This document shows positions 36,801 to 48,144 of a DNA stretch of 64,000 nucleotides, in pieces. Source of the stretch: Candidatus Poseidoniaceae archaeon (GTDB lineage: Archaea > Thermoplasmatota > Poseidoniia > Poseidoniales > Poseidoniaceae); contig CALKDX010000028.1 in assembly GCA_938084455.1 (NCBI GenBank), positions 306 to 64,305 on the forward strand. Direction: 5' to 3'. The translations under genes were made by a program, and so were the position numbers. Position 1 is the first letter of the stretch; each line of letters starts with the position of its first letter. Below the pieces are notes generated by a model. The model searched no databases. It had not been told where the DNA came from and worked only from the letters and a program-made list of their open reading frames with translations.

Positions 36801-37770
36801 ATTCCTCAAGACGGTCTTGGCTTGTAGCAATCCGAATTTGCAGGTCATTAATGGCTCCCATCAAGCCGTTATTATCGCCTCCGAGAAGGTCCTCAATTTG
36901 CTTTTGAAGCGTCCCAATTTGGTCGTCGAGGGTGACCATCACTTTGTCGCCCTGTTGGACTTGAGCCAGCAGGACCTCTGCCTCTTCTTCGATTCGAACG
37001 CGTTCCCTGATTTGGTATTGGCGTTCTGCTTGCTGACTTGCATACTTCGCTTGTGCTGAAAGCTGACGAGCAACCTTCAGATCTTCGACCAGGTCAGCGA
37101 CTTTGAGAGCGAGGTCCTTCTCTTTAGTCAGATCTTTGAGTCGTGCTTTTTGCTCGTCTTCGAGCAGACCAATCCGTTCGATGTAGCCCTCAACCATGCT
37201 GCGTTGCTTCTCTGCCTTGCGAATCTCATCATCGTAGGATGTGACACCTGCCACTCCATCGAGGACTTTGCGTCGTTCCTTAGCGGTCATTTTTGCCAAT
37301 CTTGTTACGTCGCCTTGGAGCACAATGTTGTAGCCATCAGGGCGAGCGTTCGCGGAACTGAGGAGCCTGTGGAATGTTTTCTGGGTGCTTTCTTCATCGT
37401 CGAGCAGGTATTCTGTCACGATGTTGTTGCTTTTCGTCAAACGAACAGCGCGTGTCATCCTCACTTCGTCTTGGTCGAGAGGAAGCCTTCGTCTCCCACT
37501 TGAAAGAAGTGGATTGGCGAACACGAGGGTGACTTGACAAGCACGAGCTGGCTTGTTGTTCTTCCCGCCGTTGAAGATGAGGTCCTTTGCATTCTGGGCT
37601 CGAATCACCTTGTTTGAGCGAGGTCCAAGAACGAATTGAATCGCGTCGCCGCAATTCGATTTCCCTGAGCCATTTGGACCGGTGATTGCAGTGAAACCAC
37701 GATCCATTGGGATGGTTAATTCTCCCTTGAATGATTTGAAATTCGAAACTTCCAACGCTTTGAGATACAT
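33880..37770 (-). CDS. smc: chromosome segregation protein SMC (1296 aa) with an acidic C-terminal tail
   Basis: N-terminal Walker A '[47 protein letters not shown]'. Long coiled coils. Hinge ([10 protein letters not shown]...). C-terminal signature/Walker B ([36 protein letters not shown]). The final ~120 aa are D/E-rich. Confidence 0.85.
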   Translation of the reverse strand: [1296 protein letters not shown]

Positions 37771-37951
37771 CCCATTCCCTCGTAATCGAGAATTAAATCC
37801 CCGACCTCATCCGCGACACCCGTCCCCCACGGGTCTTAAAGAATGCGAGTGATGGAGGCCCAGTCCACCGGTTTTGAAGTGGAGCTTCTCGAAGCCAGAG
37901 GGTCAATTAAGTCGACGAAAAATCACACTTCATGAAAAAAGAAACACTGGC

Positions 37952-38737
37952 TCACAGTGTACCTTTATTGCCGCATTTGGCGCAACCTCCGCCAGAACAG
38001 AACGGGCATGTTGCGTAGACTTTGAGTCCTTTTGCGGTTTGCTTTCTCATTTTCAGGTGTGAATCTTTATGTAAAATCTTTGAACGAGTGATTCGTTGAT
38101 TCGACCCCGCACGAGCATGGAGGGGAAGCGTTTCTGAACCGAATTTAGTCCTGAATTCGTGAGCTATGTTGCGCCTCTTAGAGACGCTTTCAGTCGCCTG
38201 AGTGATTGCCTCCGCCTCCCAGTACTTTGGACCCATCATCAGCAAGCAACCCACGGCAGCAATTCCAATTTGCACGCCTAAGGGCGGTAAGTTGAGTGGA
38301 ATGAGATCCGATAAGCCCTCTGAATTGACTTGGGTTGGAAGGACACCTAAACGATCCATGATGGCGATGGAGAAAATTGCAACCCCTGCCGCAAATGCTC
38401 CTTTGTAGAATCGGTCTTTCTTGGTTCCAACACGCGCCATCTTGATCCGGCCCGAGAGCAGAATGAACAATGAAGGCCCCATCACCATGAAATCAACGCC
38501 GCTCCATTCACCCGGCGGGGTGAAGCAATTTGTCTCGGACCCTTCTGCGAGCAAGAGTTCCAATCTGTCAAAGGGTGGTGAGCAATCTGGCTCAATCATC
38601 TGAGACATGTCGAATTTTTCATTGGGGGCACCCGTGATGACTTCTGGGGCGATGGCGCCAAACTGAGCGTTAGCACTTACAGCGACAACAATAGCGAGAG
38701 CTATGGCTTGCCCAATGAAAACACGTAGGTTCGCCAT
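37952..38737 (-). CDS. polytopic membrane protein with a C-terminal four-cysteine zinc ribbon
   Basis: Several TM helices (FIGQAIALAIVVAVSA, FMVMGPSLFILLSG, GAFAAGVAIFSIAIM, IGIAAVGCLLMMG). C-terminal 'YATCPFCSGGGCAKCGNKG'. Start chosen at MANLRVF, because the longer ORF would overlap nadB. Confidence 0.35.
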   Translation of the reverse strand: MANLRVFIGQAIALAIVVAVSANAQFGAIAPEVITGAPNEKFDMSQMIEPDCSPPFDRLELLLAEGSETNCFTPPGEWSGVDFMVMGPSLFILLSGRIKMARVGTKKDRFYKGAFAAGVAIFSIAIMDRLGVLPTQVNSEGLSDLIPLNLPPLGVQIGIAAVGCLLMMGPKYWEAEAITQATESVSKRRNIAHEFRTKFGSETLPLHARAGSNQRITRSKILHKDSHLKMRKQTAKGLKVYATCPFCSGGGCAKCGNKGTL

Positions 38738-38830
38738 GGCACCCTTAGCGGTGCTCCGGACATAGTGATATCGCTTAGCGATGGGGTGAAATGGTCCGGC
38801 CAACTCCCCATGATTCAACGGGTTGGAGTC

Positions 38831-40456
38831 ATGGCGCACATTGTCATCATCGGAAGTGGAATTGCAGGGCTCTTTGCAGCCCTACGATTGGCTGATGCCA
38901 ACCATACCGTCACCGTTGTCACCAAGCAACGACCAACCGACTCATCGACCAATTGGGCCCAAGGAGGCATTGCAGCTATCCTTGACAAAACCGATGGAGT
39001 CGGTTTGGAAGCCCATGTAAAAGACACACTCCAAAGCGGCGATGGATTGTGCGATGAAAGCGTGGTTCGGACCGTCATCACTGAAGCTGCCGAACGAATA
39101 CAGGATCTTCTTCAAATTGGGGTTCGTTTCGAAACCAATGAAGATGGAGCGTTCAATCTCGTTCGAGAAGGCGGACATTCGGAACGCCGAATTCTTCATG
39201 CTAAAGATGCGACTGGAAAGGAAATTGAAAGGGCCCTCTCCGAAGGTGCCGCTCAACACCCAAACATCACCATCAAACCAAACACGCTAGCCATTGATTT
39301 GATCCAGCGTGAACACGGCAATCCCAACCAAGGAATAGCGGGTGTTTGGTGCCTTGACCAAGTAAGTCAAGAAGTGCTTACATTGTCAGCAGACATCGTC
39401 TTTTTGGCCACTGGAGGCGTTGGTCAACTTTGGTCAACAACAACGAATCCGACCGTCGCAACCGGCGATGGATTGGCAATGGCCTACAGGGCTGGGGCGG
39501 CTGTGAAGGACATGGCTTTCATTCAATTCCATCCAACAGCACTTGCTCGCCAAGATGACCGTCCATTCTTGATCACTGAGGCTGTTCGTGGTGAAGGCGG
39601 AGTCATTCTCGACAAAGCGGGGCTTCATGCTTGGCAGAAAGCCACAAAGAAGGCCCGAGATGAGGGGCACAATGAGCCTCTTCCGGATGAATTCTCCTTC
39701 ACTCTTGCACACTCACCTCTTGGCTCCATGGCGACCCGAGACATCGTAGCCAGAAGCATTGACCAAACCATGAAACGAACCGGTTCAGGACACGTGTTCT
39801 TGGTGACAAGCCACCTCGACCAAACCCACCTCTTAGCCCACTTCCCGACCATTCAAAAGAGACTTGAACGGCATGGTCTGAAACTTGGAAGGGATCCCTT
39901 ACCGGTGGCGCCTGCTGCGCATTATGTCGTTGGAGGGCTTGCTGTTGACGGCATTGGGCGACCTCATTCCCGGGACAGCGGAGCCATCATTCCCTCACTG
40001 TATGCCATCGGTGAAGTTGCATGCACGGGCATGCATGGGGCCAACCGCCTCGCCTCCAACAGCTTGCTTGAGGCAGTTGTGTATGCGGCCAGGGCAGCAG
40101 ACCACATCATCGAAACCGATCCGAGTCCGAGCAAACGTTCACTTCCCGATTGGCGAGCAGATGGCCTCACCAACCTCGTCGAACATGCACCTGCAATCAA
40201 TGACCGTGCATCGCTTCGCACAACCATGTCTCAAGAAGTTGGGATTGTGAAACGGTTTAACCGATTGCATAGGGCGCGGCGCAGACTCGATCTGCTTCAC
40301 GAAGAAGTGGACATGATTTGGAAGACAGCATTGCCTTCTCGGGAGATTGTGGAATTGCGTAATATGACGCTAGTTGGCAGATTAGTCATTGAAGATTCCT
40401 TGCAAAGAAAGGAAAACCGTGGATTGCACTTTAACGCCGATCTTGTTGAGGAGTAA
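38831..40456 (+). CDS. nadB: L-aspartate oxidase (FAD flavoprotein of the fumarate reductase/succinate dehydrogenase family, non-covalent type)
   Basis: 'MAHIVIIGSGIAGLFAALRLAD...TNWAQGGIAAI' is a dinucleotide-binding fold lacking the covalent-FAD His. 'HYVVGGLAVD...ACTGMHGANRLASNSLLEAVVYA' matches the NadB/FrdA active-site region. 542 aa. Confidence 0.55.
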   Translation: MAHIVIIGSGIAGLFAALRLADANHTVTVVTKQRPTDSSTNWAQGGIAAILDKTDGVGLEAHVKDTLQSGDGLCDESVVRTVITEAAERIQDLLQIGVRFETNEDGAFNLVREGGHSERRILHAKDATGKEIERALSEGAAQHPNITIKPNTLAIDLIQREHGNPNQGIAGVWCLDQVSQEVLTLSADIVFLATGGVGQLWSTTTNPTVATGDGLAMAYRAGAAVKDMAFIQFHPTALARQDDRPFLITEAVRGEGGVILDKAGLHAWQKATKKARDEGHNEPLPDEFSFTLAHSPLGSMATRDIVARSIDQTMKRTGSGHVFLVTSHLDQTHLLAHFPTIQKRLERHGLKLGRDPLPVAPAAHYVVGGLAVDGIGRPHSRDSGAIIPSLYAIGEVACTGMHGANRLASNSLLEAVVYAARAADHIIETDPSPSKRSLPDWRADGLTNLVEHAPAINDRASLRTTMSQEVGIVKRFNRLHRARRRLDLLHEEVDMIWKTALPSREIVELRNMTLVGRLVIEDSLQRKENRGLHFNADLVEE

Positions 40457-41378
40457 GGGCGTCAATCATGGCGCTGAGCATTTGATTCATCGGGGCTCTC
40501 ACACCGATGCGTTCGCCACGTTGAACGACTGCTTGGTTGAGGTACTCGATTTCTGTCTTCCTTCCCGCACGCACATCTTGCAACATGCTGCAATGGTTTT
40601 CAGCGGTCGCTTTCAGAACGGATTCGAGGTGCATTTCCAATTCTAAATCATCTGGAAGATGGATGCGTTCTTGCCTCGCAATTCGGGCCCCCTCGAGCAT
40701 CGTTTCGAGCGAAGAAGTAAACAACCCTGGCTCTAATAAGGCCCCATTCGCAACACCACAAAGCGCCGCAATGGGATTGATGGCAATGTTGAGCAGCACC
40801 TTCATCCAAACTGCTGCAGGCCCGTTCTGCGTCCATTCCGCGGTAAGGCCAGCTTGTTCAAAGAGATCAAGCAGTGGTTTTGCATCCACCTCTGAAGGGC
40901 CACCTTGAATCTGACCGAGGATGACATTTCCTTTTCCTGCAAACTGAACCCGCCCGGGAGTTGGCCTCCAAGCGGCGTAAGTTGTGGTTCCTGCCACCAC
41001 CCGATGCACACCTACAACCGCACCACAAGCCTCAGCATGGCCGAGGCCATTGCTCAAACAAACAAGGACACCGTCGGGGCGCAACAAACCTCTAGCGAGT
41101 GTTGCCAAATCGAAGGTCGCTGCACCTTTGCCCGTGAGAAGAACAGCATCCATCGTACCGTTCAGTGAGGAGGGTATACCAACCTCTTCCAGTGTAAACA
41201 GGGCTGCATCTTGTGAAAGATGAAACGTGGCTTCACCTTCGATGTGAAGCCCTTTTGCGACCATCATCGCCCCGTGCTCACCTTTACCATGAATCAAGAC
41301 CTCAGTAGTTTGGACTTGAGCCAGCATACCAGCAAGGAGGGAGCCAAGTGAACCTGCCCCTAGTACCGCAACCCTCAT
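40431..41378 (-). CDS. panE: 2-dehydropantoate 2-reductase (ketopantoate reductase, ApbA/PanE family)
   Basis: 'MRVAVLGAGSLGSLLAGMLA' Rossmann GxGxxG. C-terminal ApbA_C-like region with conserved Lys/Glu (LNIAINPIAALCGVANG..., ...QAVVQRGERIGVRAPMNQML). Confidence 0.55.
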   Translation of the reverse strand: MRVAVLGAGSLGSLLAGMLAQVQTTEVLIHGKGEHGAMMVAKGLHIEGEATFHLSQDAALFTLEEVGIPSSLNGTMDAVLLTGKGAATFDLATLARGLLRPDGVLVCLSNGLGHAEACGAVVGVHRVVAGTTTYAAWRPTPGRVQFAGKGNVILGQIQGGPSEVDAKPLLDLFEQAGLTAEWTQNGPAAVWMKVLLNIAINPIAALCGVANGALLEPGLFTSSLETMLEGARIARQERIHLPDDLELEMHLESVLKATAENHCSMLQDVRAGRKTEIEYLNQAVVQRGERIGVRAPMNQMLSAMIDALTPQQDRR

Positions 41379-41387
41379 GCCAACCCC

Positions 41388-43931
41388 TCAGATGTAACTG
41401 CCTAGATGAATGACAATCTGGCCTTCGACATGCTCGAACCACATGGTGGAAAGCGTTGAGTTGCTGGGTGAAAATTCAAAGAAATTATCGCCAGGTTGAA
41501 GCGTTGTGGTCGAGTTTATCGTGGTCCACTGTGGCCCATTACCTTCGAAGTTAAGTTGAACTGAGGCAGTTGAGTTGCTTGGATTATAGAAGTTGAAGGT
41601 CCCACTGCTTGGATGAAGAAGTGTACCATTTGTTGCAGCGGTCCACGCAGTCGACCACATTCGGTGAACAACATCCGATCGGAGCAAAATGACTTCCGGG
41701 CCCTCTTCTACGGTAAAATTGAGCCTTGGTAGAGGCGACAAAGGTTCTGAACACACCAACACAGTCGACCCATCTTGCATGAGGACAGTCAGGTTTTGTG
41801 CACCATTGGAGATGGATGGAATGCTTGAAATTTCTCGGATATCAAGGTCCCATACCCATTCACCGCTGGCAGGAGGTAAAGGCGTTGCGAGCGTTGCGTT
41901 GAGCGGACATGGCTCTCCCGTGGCGCTCATTACAGTGCCTGCCCCGAGTTCGAACCCCCAACCTGTTGTCGATTCGTTGGTGATGTTCCACCCATGACCC
42001 GGGACAACTGCTGTCATCGGGAGGGCTGGCGAGCCAGCATGGTACTGGACCTCTTCAAGTTGAATCACATCGAGCACAGAGCCTTGCAGAACAACCCGAT
42101 CTTGACCCCGGACACACACTCGGTCTGGTGCTTCTTCGTACGTTGCTGAAAGCCCTTCATAGCCTTCTATCCAATGCAAACGGGCTTCAGTATCAAACGC
42201 ACCTTGGGCGTTCGGAATTGAGATATTCACGGCTTGCGTACTCATGCCACCAAGGCTCAAGCAGCGTTTGAGTTCACCGTCCTCTTGAGTGAAAAACCAA
42301 GGGGAGGCGACAAAGAGGTCAACATCGGGTTCGAGCGTGATGGTTTCAATGCTGAGGCGCTCCTCTGATTGCGTGAGGACGCCAAAACCAATTGAAATTG
42401 GTGCATCGCCCTGTCCAGACCAAACCATATTCAAAGTGACAGTGCTTTGGGTGCTGGGTGGCAGAACGCTTCCACAGCCACCCTCTGCAATCGAGCGTGT
42501 ATCCTCTCCATCGCATTGCCATGTGAGATCCCAAAACGTGAGATCTGGATCATACCGGTCTTCGAGAATCGCCCAGCCTTTGCTAAGAGATGAAGGGTTT
42601 TTCACCGTTACAACAACTTCGGCGCTCCAAGTTTCATTGACAAGGACTGCTTTGGCGAAACCATCAATGTCGTATTCCACCTCATCGTTCCAATCCTCAT
42701 CCACTGCAAATGGAATCTGCTGAGGGAGTGCGAGAAGAACGATGGCAAGGGCTACAAGGCCCATGTTTTTCATCGATGACAATTCCAATCCCTTGGGTTC
42801 GTCAAGAACAACTGGGGTTCTGCGATCTGAGCCCATAAACAACAGCAATGGAACCGACATTGAAAGCACAAGAAGCCAGATATTGAACCCATTGAAGGCA
42901 TCAAACATCCAAGCAAAGGCCAACAAAAGAAGGAAGATGAAAATCTGATTCGAACTGCTTCTAGCCTCACCATGGCCCGCCCTTGCAACCATCAAACGGC
43001 CACCAGGGAAGGTTGGAATTGGAAGCATGGAAAGGCAACCGAAGAAAGTGAGAACTGCCCCTGCATGCACGAAGGGGTGCGCCCAAACCAACCTTTGCTG
43101 GTATCCATCGGAAAGCGTGAGTTCGCTCAACAACTCCACAGCGAGTGGCGGGTAAGCAATGTTTTGCTGAGAAGTGATGGCCACATAGTCTGGAGTGAGC
43201 CACAAACCAACGCCCCAAAGCACCATGCCCAAACTCACAAGAGTTGCAGGGACGCTGACGGCAGACCACCCGAGGGCTTTGCGATCGGGCCATAGGCGGG
43301 CATCCATTCGTGGCAAAGATGGGATCAGGAACAGACCAAAGGGCCAGATGAGCATGGATTTTGGCAAGGCACCTAAGCTCCATAACGAGATGGAAGGTTC
43401 GGGGACTGGGACAATGTGTCCGACACGAAGCCCAAACCTTGCCGCAACCGCTCGTTGGATATGCGAGGCGATGAATAAACAGCCAAGAACAGGAAGGGTG
43501 TAACCAATCACCGCATCAAGGAAGGACGATTCCGTGAACCAACCGCCTTCGGGAGTTGCCCCCTCAGTCCAGTAGGCGCCCGCCAGGGTGAGGGTCAGCG
43601 CGCTGATGCCCCACATGATCCATTGGAAACTTTTCATCGGAAATTGCCGCTCTGGGACTGGTAAAATCTGAACAACCCATGGTTCGTCAACCAGAAGTTT
43701 ACCCATCCACCCAAGTTTGGCAAGATGTTCGTTCAATCGCAACAACTGTTCGTGTGCATCTTCTTCTGCCTTCACTGAAACATTCCAGGCCGGTAAAACA
43801 GTACCGCCTATCGAACCATGAACCAAAAAATGGCGTTCAAGAATCGTCTTGAGGAGATCTTGCTGCGACCACACATCCTTGTGCGCCTCCATTGGTTCAA
43901 AGGAGGTAGCGTCCGGCTCTGCGTCTTTCAT
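41388..43931 (-). CDS. membrane protein with a degenerate site-2-protease (M50)-like core and a ~450-aa extracytoplasmic C-terminal domain
   Basis: 'FIASHIQRAVAARFGLRV' aligns with M50 'iHELGHalaAr.yGv.v' but has HIQRA instead of HELGH. 'LSMLPIPTFPGGRLM' aligns with 'NLLPipPLDGGr', with Asp replaced by Pro. Multiple TM helices. The C-terminal domain is N-x-S/T rich. Confidence 0.45.
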   Translation of the reverse strand: MKDAEPDATSFEPMEAHKDVWSQQDLLKTILERHFLVHGSIGGTVLPAWNVSVKAEEDAHEQLLRLNEHLAKLGWMGKLLVDEPWVVQILPVPERQFPMKSFQWIMWGISALTLTLAGAYWTEGATPEGGWFTESSFLDAVIGYTLPVLGCLFIASHIQRAVAARFGLRVGHIVPVPEPSISLWSLGALPKSMLIWPFGLFLIPSLPRMDARLWPDRKALGWSAVSVPATLVSLGMVLWGVGLWLTPDYVAITSQQNIAYPPLAVELLSELTLSDGYQQRLVWAHPFVHAGAVLTFFGCLSMLPIPTFPGGRLMVARAGHGEARSSSNQIFIFLLLLAFAWMFDAFNGFNIWLLVLSMSVPLLLFMGSDRRTPVVLDEPKGLELSSMKNMGLVALAIVLLALPQQIPFAVDEDWNDEVEYDIDGFAKAVLVNETWSAEVVVTVKNPSSLSKGWAILEDRYDPDLTFWDLTWQCDGEDTRSIAEGGCGSVLPPSTQSTVTLNMVWSGQGDAPISIGFGVLTQSEERLSIETITLEPDVDLFVASPWFFTQEDGELKRCLSLGGMSTQAVNISIPNAQGAFDTEARLHWIEGYEGLSATYEEAPDRVCVRGQDRVVLQGSVLDVIQLEEVQYHAGSPALPMTAVVPGHGWNITNESTTGWGFELGAGTVMSATGEPCPLNATLATPLPPASGEWVWDLDIREISSIPSISNGAQNLTVLMQDGSTVLVCSEPLSPLPRLNFTVEEGPEVILLRSDVVHRMWSTAWTAATNGTLLHPSSGTFNFYNPSNSTASVQLNFEGNGPQWTTINSTTTLQPGDNFFEFSPSNSTLSTMWFEHVEGQIVIHLGSYI

Positions 43932-44025
43932 ATGTCCCCCTCATCTCAACGGGGGGCAAGCCTCCCCCATCAATGAATCCCTCATGCTTTTCAAACATAG
44001 GGGCGGTAATCAACCCAAGTTGACT

Positions 44026-44643
44026 TCACTTGTTCTTGAATCGCTTGAGCCTGAAGGTCTCTTCACGTTCCATCTCTTCAAGACGGAGTTGAATGAATAC
44101 GCGTGCTTCTTCGAGTTCTGGGATGACTTTGAACTCGAGAGCGTTGACACGTCGCTTTGTAGCCTCAATTTCTTGGAGCAAGCGCTTGAGTGTAGCTTCC
44201 ATTTCTGAAGCACGAACGATTTTTTCAATCAAATTCCCAAAGGACTCACCGGCTTCATCGATGTAGGGTGATGATCCAATGTAACCAACACCACGCTCTT
44301 GGAACGTCGACTTGAGGTTTGTACCGCTCACGCTTGGCACGACGACACCCATGATGTTTCGGCGTTCAACTTCGACTTCGGGGTGGCCTGTGTTTGCGAT
44401 TGCTGCTGCCCGAACCGCCAATCCACCTTCGATGGCGTTAGCAAGGTCAATCCGTTGCTTAGCAAGTCGATAGGTTGCTGTCAAGTCTCGCTTTGCTTCG
44501 ATCATTTCAGCCAAGAGTTGTCGGAATTCGTGGAACAATCCGTCCCGCTTCATCTTCAACAGCTTGTACCCGTTCTTGGTTTGCTTGATGCGCCCCTTGA
44601 GTTTAATCAACTCACTTCGGGTTGGCTTGATGTCGAGTGCCAT
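44026..44643 (-). CDS. atpD: A-type ATP synthase subunit D
   Basis: 'MALDIKPTRSELIKLKGRIKQTKNGYKLLKMKRDGLFHEF' is the canonical AtpD N-terminus. Last gene of the operon. Confidence 0.8.
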   Translation of the reverse strand: MALDIKPTRSELIKLKGRIKQTKNGYKLLKMKRDGLFHEFRQLLAEMIEAKRDLTATYRLAKQRIDLANAIEGGLAVRAAAIANTGHPEVEVERRNIMGVVVPSVSGTNLKSTFQERGVGYIGSSPYIDEAGESFGNLIEKIVRASEMEATLKRLLQEIEATKRRVNALEFKVIPELEEARVFIQLRLEEMEREETFRLKRFKNK

Positions 44644-44673
44644 GTTCTTTGCCTCCAAATCTGTTTACCGAGT

Positions 44674-46053
44674 TCAAGCCTTGTTGTCAGGGTGGTACTT
44701 ATCGATCCACTTCTGGTCAAGTCGCACGAGGTACTTGGTGTCGATTGAAGACATCAAGGTCCAGCAAAGGTCGAGGGTTTCCTCGATGGAACGGTCTTCG
44801 TCACGGGTTTGGCGAAGGAACTTGTCTTCGAACACACCAGAGAAGTCAAGCAGTTGCTTGTCACGCTCGTTGAGTGCGTCTTCACCAACAATGGCAACCA
44901 ATCCACGGAGTTCACGGCCTTGAGCGTACGCAGCGTACATCTGGTCAGAAACTGATTTGTGGTCTTCACGGGTGGTTTTCTCACCAATACACGAACCCAT
45001 CAATCGAGAGAGCGACGGAAGAACGTTGATAGGCGGATAGATACCCTGTTGATGCAATTCACGGGAGATAACAATCTGTCCTTCAGTGATGTAACCGGAC
45101 AAGTCAGGAATCGGGTGAGTGATATCGTCACCGGGCATGGTCAAAATTGGGAATTGAGTGATTGAACCCTTCTTACCCTTGACCAGACCTGCACGTTCGT
45201 AGAGCATGGCCAAGTCGGTGTACATGTAACCGGGGTAACCACGTCGTCCTGGAACTTCTTCTCGAGCAGCACCAATTTGTCGCAAAGCGTCACAATAGTT
45301 GGTCATGTCAGTGTAGATGACAAGAACGTGGTAGTCTTTCTCGAACGCCAGGTATTCTGCTGCGGTTAAAGCAAGACGAGGTGTGATAATTCGCTCAACA
45401 GCAGGGTCGTCCGCTAGGTTGACGAACAACACAGCGTTCTCAAGAGCACCGGTTCGCTCCAAATCGGAACGGAAGAAGTTGTATTCTTCAGCGGTGATGC
45501 CCATAGCGCAGAACACAACAATGAATTCTTCATCAGAATCCTTGAGTTTGGCTTGTCGAGCGATCTGCAGAGCGATGTCGTTGTGTGGGAGACCAGATGC
45601 CGAAAAGATCGGTAGTTTCTGTCCACGGACGAGGCTCGTACACAAGTCGATTGCAGAAACACCAGTTTGAATGAAATCATTTGGGCTCTGTCGGCTGTAC
45701 GGGTTAATCGCTGCGCCGATGATGTCTTCCTTCTGGTCTGCGACGATTTCCGGACCGCCGTCACGTGGGCGTCCTGCTCCGTCGAGAATTCGTCCGACGA
45801 GGTCGGTGCTCACAGGGAGTTTGAAAACGTCACCCATGAAGGTAACACCAGCTTCTCGGTCGATTTTGGAGGTTCCTTCGAACACTTGAACGATAACGAG
45901 GTCATCGGAAGTGTCGAGAACTTGTCCGTTCTTGATGGTTCCATTTGAAAGTCGTAGGGTAACGATTTCACCAAATGCAACAGGCTCAGTCTTGTTCAAA
46001 AAGACCAGAGGTCCTTTCACGTCGGTAATGGTTCGGTATTCTTTTCCAGTCAT
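44674..46053 (-). CDS. atpB: A-type ATP synthase subunit B
   Basis: 459 aa. '[17 protein letters not shown]', '[13 protein letters not shown]' and '[22 protein letters not shown]' are the non-catalytic subunit pattern. Confidence 0.9.
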   Translation of the reverse strand: MTGKEYRTITDVKGPLVFLNKTEPVAFGEIVTLRLSNGTIKNGQVLDTSDDLVIVQVFEGTSKIDREAGVTFMGDVFKLPVSTDLVGRILDGAGRPRDGGPEIVADQKEDIIGAAINPYSRQSPNDFIQTGVSAIDLCTSLVRGQKLPIFSASGLPHNDIALQIARQAKLKDSDEEFIVVFCAMGITAEEYNFFRSDLERTGALENAVLFVNLADDPAVERIITPRLALTAAEYLAFEKDYHVLVIYTDMTNYCDALRQIGAAREEVPGRRGYPGYMYTDLAMLYERAGLVKGKKGSITQFPILTMPGDDITHPIPDLSGYITEGQIVISRELHQQGIYPPINVLPSLSRLMGSCIGEKTTREDHKSVSDQMYAAYAQGRELRGLVAIVGEDALNERDKQLLDFSGVFEDKFLRQTRDEDRSIEETLDLCWTLMSSIDTKYLVRLDQKWIDKYHPDNKA

Positions 46054-46066
46054 GATATTCCTCTCC

Positions 46067-47806
<1,740 letters not shown>

Positions 47807-47834
47807 TTTTATTTCCTCCATTTTGGTTGGAACA

Positions 47835-48134
47835 TTACTTCCAAAGGTCGACTCCTATTGCCTTGCGAATTGTGTCTCGCAAAGCGGTGTCTTCTTCCGT
47901 TCCGATGCCAAGCACGGTCGGAGAGACAGATGCCGAGAGTTGGTCACGAAGACGCTCTGGCAGTGCGGCAAGGATTGCGGAGTCAACCACGACAATCCCG
48001 ACGCTTTTGTTGTTGAGTAGTGATCTGAAAGTGGCAACCATTGCGTCTTCACCTTCAGGGTTGTGCAGATGATCGACACCTGCAAGTTGGAAACCGAGGG
48101 TGAATTCCGGCGTACCTACGACTGCGATATCCAT
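47835..48134 (-). CDS. atpF: A-type ATP synthase subunit F
   Basis: '[20 protein letters not shown]' is the AtpF N-terminus. 99 aa. Sits between atpC and atpA. Confidence 0.7.
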   Translation of the reverse strand: MDIAVVGTPEFTLGFQLAGVDHLHNPEGEDAMVATFRSLLNNKSVGIVVVDSAILAALPERLRDQLSASVSPTVLGIGTEEDTALRDTIRKAIGVDLWK

Positions 48135-48144
48135 TCATCTCACC

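Noticed and set aside
34050-37503. Multiple 60-170-aa plus-strand ORFs across the smc locus
   Set aside because: All are embedded antisense in the 1296-aa SMC gene, whose Walker A, hinge and signature motifs are clear. These are shadow ORFs.
37771-37951. Possible small RNA or tRNA in the smc upstream intergenic region
   Set aside because: No cloverleaf could be folded: no acceptor/T-arm complementarity and no GTTC/TTCRA motif. It is treated as a promoter region.
43932-44025. G/C-rich hairpin (cccccTcatctcaacGGGGGG) downstream of atpD as a rho-independent-like terminator
   Set aside because: Archaeal terminators are generally oligo-T tracts rather than hairpins. There is no T-run on the transcribed strand, so it is left unannotated.
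43849-44208. 119-aa plus-strand ORF spanning the end of the M50-like gene and atpD
   Set aside because: It overlaps two well-supported minus-strand genes and has no motif.
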